64,000 bases of DNA, taken from positions 1,500,362-1,564,361 of the forward strand of contig NW_003314278.1 of assembly GCF_000143415.4 (NCBI RefSeq). The letters run 5' to 3'. Of the stretch, positions 1 to 12,432 are shown one piece after another. How positions within the stretch are numbered: the first letter of the stretch is position 1; each line of letters begins with the position of its first letter. Source of the stretch: Selaginella moellendorffii. Its lineage: Eukaryota; Plantae; Lycopodiophyta. Under the pieces are notes generated by a model. That model saw only the letters and a list, made by a program, of their open reading frames with translations. It was not told where the DNA came from and made no database searches. The translations under genes were made by a program, and so were the position numbers.

Positions 1-88
1 GGGGAGCTCGAGGTTTTGCGCTACTGAGCTGGTCCAAATCTTCATTTCTACAACAAAAGAACAAAGTGATCCCAATATATGTTTACTA

Positions 89-645
89 TAAGCTCTTGAG
101 TTTAGACTTCCTGAGAGGTCATTCAACCCAGTACTATTTAAGCTCAAGGACATTTAACCCCAAGTATCCTAATGACCCTTAACTAATTAGAACTATTTAT
201 GAGCATTTTCCTTTTATATTTAAACCCTATGAATTGTTTCTCAAATCATTCTTTTTGGTTATTTATAATTTACCACACTTCCTTGCAAATTCATGCCCTT
301 GTGAACGTAAGTTAAAAGCCACACTCTCTTGACACTCTACCCTCAAGTCAAGCTCAACTGAAGCAAACTAGACTTGCTAGATATCAATTAACATGTGGTG
401 CGATTCCTTTACCTAACCAATAGAGTTAGACACAAGACCCTTTCTAATACTAAATGTAAGCTCTTGAGTTTGAATTTCCCATGAAGTCACCTAATCCAGT
501 ACTATTCAAACCTAATGATGATTAACCCTAAGTATTTCAAGACCCTTAATCAATTGAAAAAGGGGGTGCACTTTTATTTATGGGCCCTTTCTCTTTATAT
601 TTGAACCCTATAAATCGTCTCTTAAATCGTTCTCTTTGGTTGCTT
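89..645. repeat. Diverged direct repeat of ~180-190 bp, two copies (~89-265 and ~457-645)
   Basis: Both copies begin taagctcttgagttt and share ccagtactatt, gacccttaa, tttatattt-aaccctat and aaatc-ttct-tttggtt blocks in the same order. Confidence 0.75.
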
Positions 646-1482
646 ACACCCACAAAGACTACAAACCTTTTCTTCTACTGCGATAAATACATATGCTGCT
701 AACCACTTAAACCATATTCATAAGATGTTAAATCCCATTATCACCCTATTACAATTGGCTATCACTGCCTTCTAATATTCATTTATTAGAGCATTGTCTT
801 TTATCATTCTTGCAATTACTATTCCCAAACAACATATTCACTTTTATCACTTCATTCCTTTGGAACTTTGAGAGCAATTAAGCTATGTTTTCAACACTTT
901 CTAGAGGTGAGGAAGACTTAAGTTAGAGTCCAAGTATGTGGTTCTTTTATTTGGTTTTATATTTCTATCTTCTTTTTTCTATTTTTCCTTTATTTTTCTC
1001 TTTCTTCTCTTTTTTTGTTTTATTTTCACTTTTCTTTTCTCCACTTTGTTTCCTCTTATTCTAGTGTCTAATTCTTTTATCAAGTTTTTTCATGTGGTTT
1101 CCTCTTGACTCTAAAACTTTACACTCTCTTTCTTTTTCTTGTTTTCTTTTCTTTATTTTTCTTTAGTCACTTCTCCTTATAACAGTTATTGATATTAGGT
1201 ATCACTTTGAAGTTTACTTTAGCACTTTGATTGTGGGTTCTTACACACGATATAGTTTTTGTGGTTGCTTGTTAGGAGATGGCTTATAGTTGTGTGAGAT
1301 TTCCTAGAATATTCCACTATTGGAATATTCTAGGGGTGTGGTGTAAGGGTATATTCCCTTTCTTCCCCATTTTCTAAGGTAGAGAGTTAACACAAAAGAT
1401 ATCTTTGAGCAGGATTTCAGAGTACGAGAGAGTGTTCTCCCCACCATTGAGAAACTTCCCTCTCAACACCATTGTTTGTTCC

Positions 1483-1880
1483 AAATTCCATCCAAAGTTC
1501 TTTAGGCCTTTTTAGATTATAAAGTGTGTGAATGAGGTGGCCTATAGGTTGTAATTGTTAGCATCATTCTAAGTTTATGATGTCTTCCATGTTTCAGAAT
1601 TGAAACTCTATATAGGATCTCTAGCAATTACTACTTCATTTAGTATTTCTCTCCTTTAGAAAGTTTGTGAGCATCATATGGTCAAGATGGCTTATCACAA
1701 CTTGTGTTGATGATGAGTTCCTCATTTTCGAGTTTATTAGGTTGGAATTGACTTTACTACAAATACATGGATCACCTAGGATCAACATGAGTTCTTATGT
1801 GAGACCTTCCAATAGACTCCAATTTACTAATAAAAGCTAAGGGACTAACTAAACCTTTTTTCCAAGAGGGGTTATAATGT
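1483..1880 (+). mobile_element. Decayed Ty3/Gypsy retrotransposon: integrase C-terminal region plus polypurine tract/3' LTR start
   Basis: 1483-1611 translates to KFHPKFFRPF*IIKCVNEVAYRL*LLASF*VYDVFHVSELKLY, matching the Gypsy integrase motif GPFxI..VAYRL.LP....HPVFHVSxLK. A PPT-like ttccaagagggg is followed by TGT at 1878. Confidence 0.75.
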
Positions 1881-3081
1881 TAAGAGGTGATCTATAGAGG
1901 CAAAGCATAGACAAAGTGGAAGGAAATATTTAATAAAAGCTTTTATCACAATTTTTTCTCTTCTTTCTTTTTTCTTCTTGTTCTCTCTTTCTTTTTATGT
2001 CTCATAATTGAATCCAATATAGTTGTTTAGAGATTTACACTCATAAAAAATTATATATGAAGTGATAACACCATTTTTGCGATAATGTTTCCATTATATA
2101 ATGGCTTAAAAACCCCATATTTTGCACTAACTAATGTAGTGTTTCCCAAAAGAATGTTAGCTTTCACCATAAAGCAATAGTGGGTATGTATCTATAGTTT
2201 GTTCTTGAATCTATGTATGCACATTTTTTAAATTTGCTATTAGGCAATTGTTATAGTGTTCAAAAAAAGTTTGTAGACTTCATTTTCTTGAGTGTTGAGA
2301 TTTCTTCATTTAACAAGGAGTTAACAGATTTGCTATTTGACAATCTTGTTTTTGGTTGCTGCTAGCACTTGAGAAAGCTAATTATCAAAAACTAAATAAA
2401 ATTTTCTTGTTTATATGTTCTTAAGAAATTGATAAAAGTGTAATAAAAAATATAACCTTGGTTTACCCACGTTAGTCTCTAGATTGTTGTGAAGTGGTCA
2501 AAGCAAATGTAGTCTTGCTTGTGCATGCTTCCATTCTTCTTAGTCTTTTTTCTTTTGTGCTATTTTACTTGCGTCCTTTTTGTTTTTAATATTCAAAGGA
2601 ATCTTCTTGGCTAGACAATAAGCACATCTCCTCTTTAGGTAGCACTTAGTGTATAACTTTGCATAGTTCTGGAAACCACAAAAAAGACAATCTTTATATT
2701 TAGTACATGTTTGATTTCCAAAGGGGCAATTGTATTGCTTCATTTGCTGTCATAGGCTTTCTTGACTCTCAAGAAAACATTTCTGAGTGTTAGGAAAACT
2801 TCAATTTTAGTGGAGACTTGCATATTGGTTTTCTACCATTTTCAATTGAATTGAGCAGTCTTCATTTTGTTGGATTTCGTTAGGATATTCATGATTTCAC
2901 CATTTTCATCTCTTTCTCTTCTTTTTGGTGTGTTTCTTGGCATTTTTTACTTGGATTTCGGCTCTTCTCACGATGTCTTCTATTCCACCACGGTTGTCAA
3001 TGAAAAATTGGAGATTTTAGTGAAGTCAAGCTGTGATTTTATTGCAAGTACAAGAGAGAATTTAGTGAAGAACTAATTGTA

Positions 3082-3181
3082 NNNNNNNNNNNNNNNNNNN
3101 NNNNNNNNNNNNNNNNNNNNNNNNNNNNNNNNNNNNNNNNNNNNNNNNNNNNNNNNNNNNNNNNNNNNNNNNNNNNNNNNN
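3082..3181. other. Assembly gap (N run)
   Basis: Run of 100 N. Confidence 1.
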
Positions 3182-3790
3182 TCTGCATTTAGCAATGTAT
3201 TTCTCACTTGGGAACAAGCTACTGAACACACGAATCAATTAGAAACTAACTTGAGACCTTCGATCCCTAAGAAGGCTCATGTGATTGGTCATGAATAAGG
3301 ATAGGCTTGACATTACTAAAATACTCCGAGTCTTAAGTAAATAGATATGCATTGGTGATAGGCTGAAATACAATAGAGATAAGGATAAGGGTCAAGTGCT
3401 AACTCTCCCCCTTAATTACTCTTACATGGTGGCAACTACCACTTCTTCCTGAGTTTTGACTGTCAAGATTGTAACCTCAAATGCTAAGGTCATAATCTTA
3501 ATTGTCAGGAAAATGCTCAAATATATGGTTAATCTGTTGTGCTTCACTTGTTGATAAATTATTAATGACATTAACTATATAAAGGTTCATCTTATGGCAA
3601 CAAAGTAAGCTATTATCAATGTGGATAAACAAGCAACTTTATTGAATGATATTTTAGATATTAAGAATTTGAATAGATCCCTACGTCCTTACAAAGTATG
3701 AAAATGAATCTTACTTTTTTTCAAATATGTGATACACTAAAAAAGGAACAACAACATAATTTACATATTACATCAGGAAAGATGGCCAAG

Positions 3791-3904
3791 GCAATAATTT
3801 TTCTAGATAGCAATACTATTACTTGGTAGAGCAAATGCTAATTTGTTATAGCTTTATCTTCTATAGAGTCTAAATGCTCCACCTCTAAGGAAGTAGTATG
3901 GTTA
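3791..3904 (+). mobile_element. Decayed Ty1/Copia RNase H fragment
   Basis: Translates to AIIFLDSNTITW*SKC*FVIALSSIESKCSTSKEVVWL, resembling the Copia consensus GxxISWxSKKQxxVALSTxEAEY...KExxWL. A separate minus-strand PPT-like aagggggagagtta lies at ~3400-3413. Confidence 0.65.
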
Positions 3905-4159
3905 CTCCTTTTTTTGTCAAAGATTGGTTTTTCCTAGGATTTGACTCTTCTTTACAATAATATCAACACTACTTGAGAAATGATTTATACAAGTTTAAAT
4001 ATAGAAAAAAAGGGCTCATAAATAAGAATGCATCTTTTTTTTCTAATCAGTTAAATATCTTAAGGGTTTTCTTAAGTTTGAATAATACTAAATTGACATT
4101 TATTTATATTTGGTATTAAAGGAGTTTTGAGTTTTACTTTTGTGACTAACTAAGAAAAA

Positions 4160-4460
4160 CATATATTGAGATTGACATTTAATAAGCATTTTAAATTGTA
4201 TTGATTGGCTAAGGGAATTTGTTGATATTGATATCTATTAAGCATTTTGGGTGTTGATAGGGGTCATGTTGAGATTGATATTTAATAGATATTTTGGGTT
4301 TATTGATGGATTAGGGAAATCACATTATGTGTTGAGATTAATATTTAATGGGCATTTAGGGTGTTGATAGGGGTATCGGGTTTGACTCTGTTAATTAGTT
4401 AAATGAATCACACCATATATTCAGATTAATATTTAGTAGGCATTTTGGGTGTTGAGTACA
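4160..4460. repeat. Degenerate minisatellite (gttgagattgatatttaatgggcattttgggtgttgatagggg-like units)
   Basis: About five diverged copies of gagatt.a.atttaat..gcatttt(gggtgttgatagggg). Confidence 0.7.
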
Positions 4461-4543
4461 TTGCCTAGAGGTTTATTTAATCAATTATTTATGTTTTAAG
4501 TACCAGAACCACTATACTTAAAGATATATGGCACACATAAGTT

Positions 4544-4664
4544 AGAATTTAAAGCACATTAGGTTTATAAAATTACTTAAACCTTCCTTTTATTCAATAC
4601 TGGCATACAGAATTTAAAGCAAATTATTTGATTAAAAATTACTTAAACGTTCCTTTTATTCAAT
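4544..4664. repeat. Tandem duplication of ~65 bp
   Basis: agaatttaaagca...aaaattacttaaac-ttccttttattcaat occurs twice in tandem. Confidence 0.8.
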
Positions 4665-5608
4665 GAATATACTCTAATATTCAATACATTTTTCAAACTT
4701 ACACTCTTGGGCATTTGATTCTAATGCATCTCTTAATTGAGTCATGAAGAATCTCAGTGCATAACTGTTATATCATGAATTAATAATCTTGTTAAACTGT
4801 TATTTCTTGCTCTTGACATGCACCCATAACATGACATACATTGACAACTACGATAAAGAAAGGCATGATGGTATCTTGCTTTACACATCAACACTTTTTT
4901 GAGAATCCCTGGAGGAATTCAAGCCACATACTTGTAAAGCTGAATATCTTAGACTAGTGAAAGTTAAAATATTAAGGTACGAGGACACTGTGTCTATTAT
5001 TCTGTATTCTCTCTTGACGAAATGAGTAAAAGGCTTCACGAGAGTGTTTTGCTCGATGGGTGTATGTTAGATCAGTTCTAATTCTTTGAGAGATTTTGTA
5101 GATCCCCAAAGTCATACTAGTGAAGAAAATTATCTCTCTAGTTAAAAGAAGTGCTTGGCTAAAATCCTTTGGCTTCCTTTTTCCTGACTGAAAGCACTCT
5201 ACGTATAACGGAAACAGTTTTAGCTCCTCCAATTACCTCAAGAGAGAGAACATTCACCTCTTCTGCAAAGCAATTTCTGGGAAAAATTCTTTATTCTGAT
5301 AGCTCTGGCTACTTTCCACCATCGCATGGAAAAAACATGCTTGAAAAACCTTCCGTGGTGAGCTTGAATATTCCGCTGGGACAAATCTCCATGAATGAAT
5401 ATTCGAGCATTTGGATGAAAAATTTAGCCTTTCAATATTGAATTTAGAATAAAAGATCAAACTATTTACTGCTATAAGCTCAATTCTTTGCCCCGTCAAA
5501 GCAGCCCCTTCGTTCGACTTCTGTACGAATCTCAAACTTGCACGAGTTTCTCGTGGTTGAAAGTTTTCCTTCAGGAATCCAGATTGGTTTTTTTCTTGAT
5601 TTGGTGCT

Positions 5609-8036
5609 ATGACGGAGGAGAAGCAGCCGCTCCTCGATCACTACCAGCATCGCCCAGGTTCCAGCGGCAGGGCATCCGCGCTCCATCCCAAGTGCCCGGG
5701 ATGCCGAGTCGCCCATCTCCGGGACAAGAACGCGCCAGTTCCCTTCAAGCTCCTCGTTCTCCTCGGATTTGTGATCCTCGCCAATGGTAAGATTTAAGCA
5801 AGCTCTCTCCATTCACAATCTAATCTTCTCTCTCTCGATTCGATTTGAAACAATGGCAGCGCTTCCAATCGCAGTAGTCTACCCCTTCCTCTACTTCATG
5901 GTAGTGTACTATACCGGCCACGCTTGTGTAAGTTTTTTTTAATGGATTCTCCATCGCAGATAGAAGATCTACACGTTGCCAAGCGGAAAGAGGACATTGG
6001 ATATTACGCTGGATGGATCGGTGAGTTGGAGATCTGAGGAAGAAATGCCAAAACTTGACCTGCAAACTCAATCTATAAGCGACATTTAACACTTCTTTTG
6101 TTGTCTTGTCCAGGATCATCTTTGATGATTGGGCGAATGCTCACTGGAGTCCTCTGGGGCGTCATAGCCGACAGATATGGTCGAAGGAAGGTCATGGTTT
6201 GCGGCATTCTCTCAGTGTACGTAGCATCGATCGACATAAGTCCTTCCAAGAATGACTGAACTCTTTGCAGGGTGGTTTTCAACACCTTGTTTGGGCTTAG
6301 CACGAGCTTGTGGATGGCTCTGCTCACGCGATTTCTCTTGGGAGGTTTCAATGGAATGCTTGGAACCGTCAAGGTGAGCTATCAAAGTTTCAAGACTAAG
6401 CAATCAAAGTACGTTTGTGCTTATCGACAGGCATACGCTTCCGAGATCTGTAGCGAGCAACATCAGACGATAAGCATGTCAATGGTGCGTAAACTTTTGC
6501 TCTCAAAGCCTTGAAATTCTATGTTTCTAGTGCAGGTTAGCACGATGTGGGGATTTGGCCTTATTATCGGACCAGCTATGGGTGGCTATCTAGCACAGGC
6601 AACTGACTTCTCGAATTTCTCAAGTTCCGTGATCTCATGTGAATTTTTTTTCTCGTCCTTACAGCCTGCGATCAAGTATCCAAACATCTTCAAATCCGGG
6701 AGCTTGTTTGCGAAATTTCCTTACTTGTTGCAAGCACTTGGCGTCCTTGTGTTCGCATTGATAGCACTGGTTATGTGCTTCTACTTGCCGGTACGTTGCT
6801 TAGTTTCCCAAGTTCTCGGACAAAAGATCACGGAAAAGCTTTTGTGCTGTGTGTGGGGGTCAGGAAACACTTCATAAAGATCACACTTCTCTTGAAATTG
6901 ATGAGGAGGACACAGGCAAGGATCACATTGCTGTGGAGAGTGATACAAAGGAGAAGCAATCCGAATCCATCTTTAGAAACTGGGGATTTATTTCCTCCAC
7001 AATGGTCTACTGTGTCTGGTCTCTACACGACATAGCTTACACCGAGGTACATTTCACGACAATCATAGAGATTTTCTAAAATCACTCTGAATATTTAGAT
7101 CTTCTCGCTGTGGGCCGTGAGTGGAAGATCATACGGTGGACTTGGTTTCACGAGCTCCAACGTTGGACAAGTTCTTGCAATATCCGGTGCGTTCTATCAC
7201 TTAGACTGGATCGTCATTGTTTACTTCTTTCTTTTTATTCACAGGCTTGTCTATGCTTTTGTTCCAATTGACTTTGTTTCCTATCTTTGCAAAGTGGCTC
7301 GGGCCGATCCGGTTGACACGAGTACCAACAGTAAGCGATCACGCTCTTATCAGACTCTCCACTTTTTTGTTCCTTTCTCTTCGCTCTAAAGATTCTCTTG
7401 CATTGCAGCTAGTAGCAATTCCTATATTGACGGCGTATCCATTCTTCTCAAAACTTCACGGGAACTCTCTCTGGGCGATACTTCTCATCGCGTCGATCAC
7501 CAAGTTGATTCTGGGTGTAAGTTAAGCTCCTCCTGGATTTTGCTTCTGATTTTGCTCGATTCCAGCAAGCCACATTCACGGGCTCCTTCATACTCATCAA
7601 CAATTCAGTGGTAAGCCGATTGTCTCATATCCCGCCCCATTCAGTCATACTAAACAAGTGGCTTTGTCCAGAAACAAGCGCAAAGAGGCGCCGCCAATGG
7701 TTTCTCTCTGAGCATTGTGTCACTGTTCAAGGCAATTGGCCCCGCGGGTGGTGGCTCAGTGTAAGTGTATTATATGCGCAAAATCTCTTTCACGCGTGAG
7801 ACTAATTTGATTTGCATTTCAGCTTTGCGTGGTGCCAAACAAGGCAACACACCTGGCTTCTCCCAGGTAAGAGGATTACATTAGAATGATCTCTGGGAAG
7901 TATATAATTTTTAATCTTCAATGATACAGGTGATCACCTCGTGTTCTTTTTCCTCAACTTCTTTGCGCTTCTCACGGCGCTCATGACATGCAAGCCATTC
8001 CTTCCATCGTCCACGGCCCACCCTATACTGGAATAG
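5609..8036 (+). CDS. ZIFL: ZINC INDUCED FACILITATOR-like MFS transporter, many short introns
   Basis: Exons encode [98 protein letters not shown] and C-terminal DHLVFFFLN...PILE*, all typical of plant ZIF1/ZIFL. Introns are GT-AG, with one GC-AG. Confidence 0.92.
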
Positions 8037-8219
8037 ATCAAACTTTCCAACTATCAAGCAACCAAACAAAAAGGAGAATTCTTTAAAGAAATACGTGTTC
8101 AAGAAATATCAAGCAACCTCTAGAGAAAGGGAATTGTAAAATATCCGCTTTCGTACGTACTTATCCGGCAATGCGCTGTCGAAGCCCCATTGGCGAAGCT
8201 CCGGTCTACGGTCGGTGAA

Positions 8220-8335
8220 CGCAAACGCGTCAACGCAACAGGGGGTTTCAGGCCACCACGTGCCGCCATCTCTCGCGTCGATCTGCCCGATGGACGGCCG
8301 GCGTCGTCACACGTGTTGGGCCTCCACGTCAACAC
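8220..8335 (+). promoter_or_regulatory. Cluster of CGCG-box, W-box core (GTCAA) and G-box (CACGTG) motifs upstream of the U-box gene
   Basis: aaacgcgtcaac at ~8224, ccacgtg at ~8256, cacgtg at ~8310 and ccacgtcaac at ~8324. Confidence 0.4.
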
Positions 8336-8684
8336 TTCCCTCTGTTTCGTGCCGGCTTCCCATTGTCTCTTTAGGGCTGGGAAGAGCGGTGTTTTATTGG
8401 CGTGCCACCCCTTCCTCGTTTTCCATCGCTCGCCGAGCTTTCCTTCTCGTGATTGCCAAATTCGAGCGTCTCTATTCTTTTCTCTCTTCGCACAGGCCAA
8501 TCGATCGAGCGAGGGATACTGTTCCATTCCAGGCGAGGACGAATTCGTGATGAGCGAGGGAAGAATTCGTGGATTCCCGGTACCGCTTCTCTTCTCTGTT
8601 AGGCACTCAATCCAGCCATTGTCATAGTAGTAGCACAGAGTCCCCTACGAGCTGGGCATTTCCTTCGTAGATCATCGCTCTGGG

Positions 8685-9911
8685 ATGGATCAAACCGATC
8701 TTCATCCAGTGCCTCCACCCGAATTTATCTGCCCAATTTCTCTGGAACTAATGCGGGATCCCGTAACCGCTTGCACAGGCGTGACATACGATCGGAGCAG
8801 CATCAACAAGTGGCTCGAGCGCGGCCAGGATTGCTGCCCAGCGACGATGCAACCGCTCCACCAGAATCACTCGCTCGTGCCCAACAACGCGCTGCGGAGT
8901 CTCATCCATCAGTGGTGCGAATCGCATTCCACCACCAGCGACCTCTTCCGGAGCTCCACCAGCCCGATCGACAGGCCGCACATCCTCCTCCTGCTAGACA
9001 GGATCCAGAGAGACCCTGCCAATGTTGACGCCCTCTCCAAGCTCAAGAGCAAGGCGCGGGAGAGCACCAAGAACAGCCGAGCTATCGTCGACGCCGGCGC
9101 CGTCACCGTCCTGTCCGGCGTTCTCAGTGCTCCGTATCCCCAGGACGCGAGGGATCCTCCGGACAAGGCGTGGCTCCAGCCGATTGAAGAGGCAATCGCC
9201 ATCCTCGCCTATCTTCCCGCCAGTTACAACTCGCGAAGAGCCCTAATCTCGCCCAAGCCCCTCCGTTCGATCTCGTGGATTCTGTGCATGGGTTCCCCGC
9301 CGGGAATGATGAGCGCGATAGCGGTGCTAGATGGCCTAGCCAGCGATAAGGGCGCCCAGATCGCCATCGGATCGATGGCTGGGGTGATCGATGGTCTCGT
9401 CGCCATTCTGCGCCGGAATGGCAACCAGGTGTTAGTCAATTCCAGCCTCAGGGCATTGCTGGGCATTTGCTTGCCACTGAGGAACAGGGCTAGGGCGGCG
9501 CGCGCCGGCGCCGTGGCGGCGCTGGTGGAGCTCCTCCCGGACACCAGCGGCGGCGTGGCGGAGCACATCTTGATCGTGCTGGAGCTCCTCTGTGGCTGCG
9601 CCGAGGGCCGGGCGGCGGTCGATGATCACGCGCTCGCGATCCCGGCGATCGTGAAGAAGATTTTGAGGGTGTCGGACTCCGCGACTGCGAATGCGGTGGG
9701 GATTTTGTGGGCGGTGTGTAGGGACAGTGGGAGGAGTAGCGCCGCCATGAGGGATAGGACTGGCGGATTGGGATTGTTTGGGAAATTGCTACTGCTGCTA
9801 AGAAGGGATGTGAGCCCAGGGACGAGGCACAAGGTGATTGATATTCTAGACAAGGTCTACAATGCACGAATGGATCTCTCCTCCTCGCCACCACCGCCCG
9901 CCTCTTTGTAG
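8685..9911 (+). CDS. U-box/ARM-repeat E3 ubiquitin ligase (PUB, CMPG1-like class), intronless
   Basis: U-box PPEFICPISLELMRDPVT...TGVTYDRSSINKW...CPAT...LVPNNALRSLIHQW, followed by ARM-like repeats (AGAVAALVELL, LELLCGCAEGRAA, KKILRVS). Confidence 0.95.
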   Translation: MDQTDLHPVPPPEFICPISLELMRDPVTACTGVTYDRSSINKWLERGQDCCPATMQPLHQNHSLVPNNALRSLIHQWCESHSTTSDLFRSSTSPIDRPHILLLLDRIQRDPANVDALSKLKSKARESTKNSRAIVDAGAVTVLSGVLSAPYPQDARDPPDKAWLQPIEEAIAILAYLPASYNSRRALISPKPLRSISWILCMGSPPGMMSAIAVLDGLASDKGAQIAIGSMAGVIDGLVAILRRNGNQVLVNSSLRALLGICLPLRNRARAARAGAVAALVELLPDTSGGVAEHILIVLELLCGCAEGRAAVDDHALAIPAIVKKILRVSDSATANAVGILWAVCRDSGRSSAAMRDRTGGLGLFGKLLLLLRRDVSPGTRHKVIDILDKVYNARMDLSSSPPPPASL

Positions 9912-10147
9912 AGTAACCCCGCGATTTTTCCTTCTTGTAAAATTCTTTTGCCGTTTAAACCATAGGATTGTGTATTCTCTCGGGCGTTGATTTTTAAGAA
10001 TGTGTAATGTAAAAAACTCTTGGATTTCCTCTTCCTCGTCCCTTCCTTGATTATAAACGCTTTGTATTTGTCGTGTTGCTCCTATTTGGTGTCAAATCGC
10101 CAGAAATTCAATAGTTCCAAAGACTTTGACATCCCTGAAAAGCTTAC

Positions 10148-12055
10148 ATGCAATGTGGCAGTATGAACGATGCCAGACAGGCTTTTAGGAAGATAATCCC
10201 ATGCAATGTCTACTCTACAAATACAAAACTGTCAGCATATGCCCAAGCGGGGTATCTGGATGACGCGTGGCATGTGTTTCTTGAATCGCCAAAGAGGGAT
10301 GCACTGACATGGACGTGCATTTTGCAAGCTTTTGCGCAAAGAGGCGTTGTAGAAAAGGTGGCGGTGTTGATCGAGCGAGTGCCATGCCACAGCACACTCT
10401 GCATGAACACTTCCATTTCAGCGTTTGCGAAGACTGGGCATTTTGATCAAGCGAAAAGCTTGTTTTCGAAGATGCCAGAACGTGACACCGTCACCATCAA
10501 TGTGATGATCCAAGCTTTCGCTAGCGAAGGAAGCTTTGCTTCTGCAAAACACTTGTTTGATCACGGTGCTACTGCTGCCAGGGACATGATCACTTGGAAT
10601 ACGATTGTTTCTATGTACTCCCGCAATGGGTTTCACAAAGAGGCGTCGGATATTTTCATGAAGATGCCAAGATGTAATCTCATCACTTGTAATTCCATCC
10701 TTAAGTCTTTGAGTATAGATGATGCAAGAGACTTGTTCAGAAAATTCGAAGAGCGAGACGTGATCACTTGGAACACAATGCTTGAAGTCTATGCCCAAAA
10801 CAAGGAGGAAAATACAGCAAGAACACTGTTTTCGAAGATGCCATTCTGGGACCTTATCTCTTTTACGGTTTTTATCACAGTTTTTGCATCAAATGGCCGT
10901 GTTGAGGAAGCAAAACGATTATTTGACCAAGTTCCAGCCGCCAGTGTGGTAACATGGAATGTGATGGTCTCGGCATATGCTCAAAACGGTCACCTTGGAG
11001 ATTCTCTACAAGTTCTCTCAAGGATGCCAATGAAAAGTCTCGTCACCTTTAGTGTGATGATAGGCATCTATGCGCAGTGTGGAGACGTGTTTAAAGCCAA
11101 GGAAGCCTTCGAGTCGATTTCCACTGGACGGGAGCACTCGTCTTGGACAGCATTGATCCAAGCTTTCGTGGACCACAACTATAATCTCAAGGAAGCAAAC
11201 TACATCCATACTTTGATGCCTTATCACAGTGTTGTATCGGTCACTCTTGGAATAGCCATCCATGGCCGGAGCTCCAATCTAGAATCTGCGAAAAAATGTT
11301 TTGATTATTCTCCAGAGAGGAACCTGGTAGCTTGGAACTGTCTCATGGCAGTCCTGGTACAAAATGAAGATTATAAAAGAACGAAGGCTGTGTTCGATCG
11401 AATGCCCTCTTGGGATACAATTAGCTGGTCAACCGTGCTCGTTTACAGCTCTCACGATTTGGATGGATCGGAGTCTCTGTTTGAGAGCATCCCAGAGAAG
11501 ACACTGAGCTCCTGGAACGCAATCTTATCCGTGCATGCTGAGCATGGAGATCTATCCAAAGTCATAGAGGTTTTCCAGAGAATGAAGGCCAGAGACGTCA
11601 TCTCGTGGACGTGTTTGATCACAGCTCATTCCCACGCCGGAGATGGTGTCAAATCGCTCAAAGTTTTCCAAGAAATGGTAGTGGAAGGAGTGAGGCCAAA
11701 CCGGATAAGTTTCATGAGCTTGTTGGTCGCTTGCAGCCATTTGGGATGGATAGATCAAGCTCTTGAGTGTTTGTGGAGCATGCAACTTGACTATGGGATA
11801 GATCCAGCCAGGGAGCACTATAGTTGTGTTGTGGATATGTTGGCGAGAACTGGCCAGCTGACAGAGGCTCAACAGGTTATAAGCTTTTTGCCAGGATGTC
11901 CGGTTGCTTGGGGAGCGCTGCTTGGAGCTTGCAAGCTTCAGTGTGATGTTGGTGTTGGAGAGGATGCTGCAAAGCATGTTTTTGAGCTGGACCCCTCCAA
12001 CACTGCTCCTCACGTTTTATTGCAAAGCTTACACAAATGTGTTTTTGTGAGGTAG
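10148..12055 (+). CDS. PLS-class PPR protein with C-terminal E domain, no DYW
   Basis: Tandem ~31-aa repeats (A..LF..MP.RD.VTWN...YAQNG) and end motifs PNRISFMSLLVACSHLG, HYSCVVDMLARTG, WGALLGACK, LDPSNTAPHVLL. The ORF starts mid-repeat with no clear transit peptide. Confidence 0.88.
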   Translation: MQCGSMNDARQAFRKIIPCNVYSTNTKLSAYAQAGYLDDAWHVFLESPKRDALTWTCILQAFAQRGVVEKVAVLIERVPCHSTLCMNTSISAFAKTGHFDQAKSLFSKMPERDTVTINVMIQAFASEGSFASAKHLFDHGATAARDMITWNTIVSMYSRNGFHKEASDIFMKMPRCNLITCNSILKSLSIDDARDLFRKFEERDVITWNTMLEVYAQNKEENTARTLFSKMPFWDLISFTVFITVFASNGRVEEAKRLFDQVPAASVVTWNVMVSAYAQNGHLGDSLQVLSRMPMKSLVTFSVMIGIYAQCGDVFKAKEAFESISTGREHSSWTALIQAFVDHNYNLKEANYIHTLMPYHSVVSVTLGIAIHGRSSNLESAKKCFDYSPERNLVAWNCLMAVLVQNEDYKRTKAVFDRMPSWDTISWSTVLVYSSHDLDGSESLFESIPEKTLSSWNAILSVHAEHGDLSKVIEVFQRMKARDVISWTCLITAHSHAGDGVKSLKVFQEMVVEGVRPNRISFMSLLVACSHLGWIDQALECLWSMQLDYGIDPAREHYSCVVDMLARTGQLTEAQQVISFLPGCPVAWGALLGACKLQCDVGVGEDAAKHVFELDPSNTAPHVLLQSLHKCVFVR

Positions 12056-12109
12056 ATACATACAGCTTAAGACACTGACGTCGTAAACCGACAGGAAATT
12101 ATTTTCTTT

Positions 12110-12432
12110 ACAATAACCACTGTGCGGCCATTCCCTCAACCTGTGTCTGAGAACAAAACTACAGGACTCACCTAAAATCGGAGCAGCCCATGCGAAACAA
12201 TCTCCCCATCAATCTCTCCAAACTTGAGATGCCCATCAACCCTCTTACAGTCGCCAGTCCTGAGCCCCTCGATCGCGGGAGCAAAGTCATCTCGTTTGAC
12301 CAGAAGCGGCACAAAGATCCCCCTCGTCTGTCCCAGCCATTGTTTGGCTGGTGAAGAGTAAAACTCGTCATCGTCAAGCCACACCATTGCGTTTGTTTTC
12401 ACGGACCCTTCAGCCAAATAAATGCAAGTCAT
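12110..12432 (-). pseudogene. Truncated copy of an unidentified gene family (paralog of 22400-23230)
   Basis: PAIEGLRTGDCKRVDGHLKFGEID, then an intron ending acacag and an exon starting gttgagggaatgg, the same layout as at 22830-22990. Confidence 0.6.

Noticed and set aside
2540-2743. Cys-rich 67-aa ORF as a zinc-finger gene
   Set aside because: It lies in decayed AT-rich TE-like sequence and the Cys spacing fits no clear motif. At best it is a degenerate gag/ORF1 knuckle.
12172-12432. WLDDDEF as a glycosyltransferase DxD motif
   Set aside because: The motif is not retained in the paralogous copy at ~23000 and no other glycosyltransferase features are visible.
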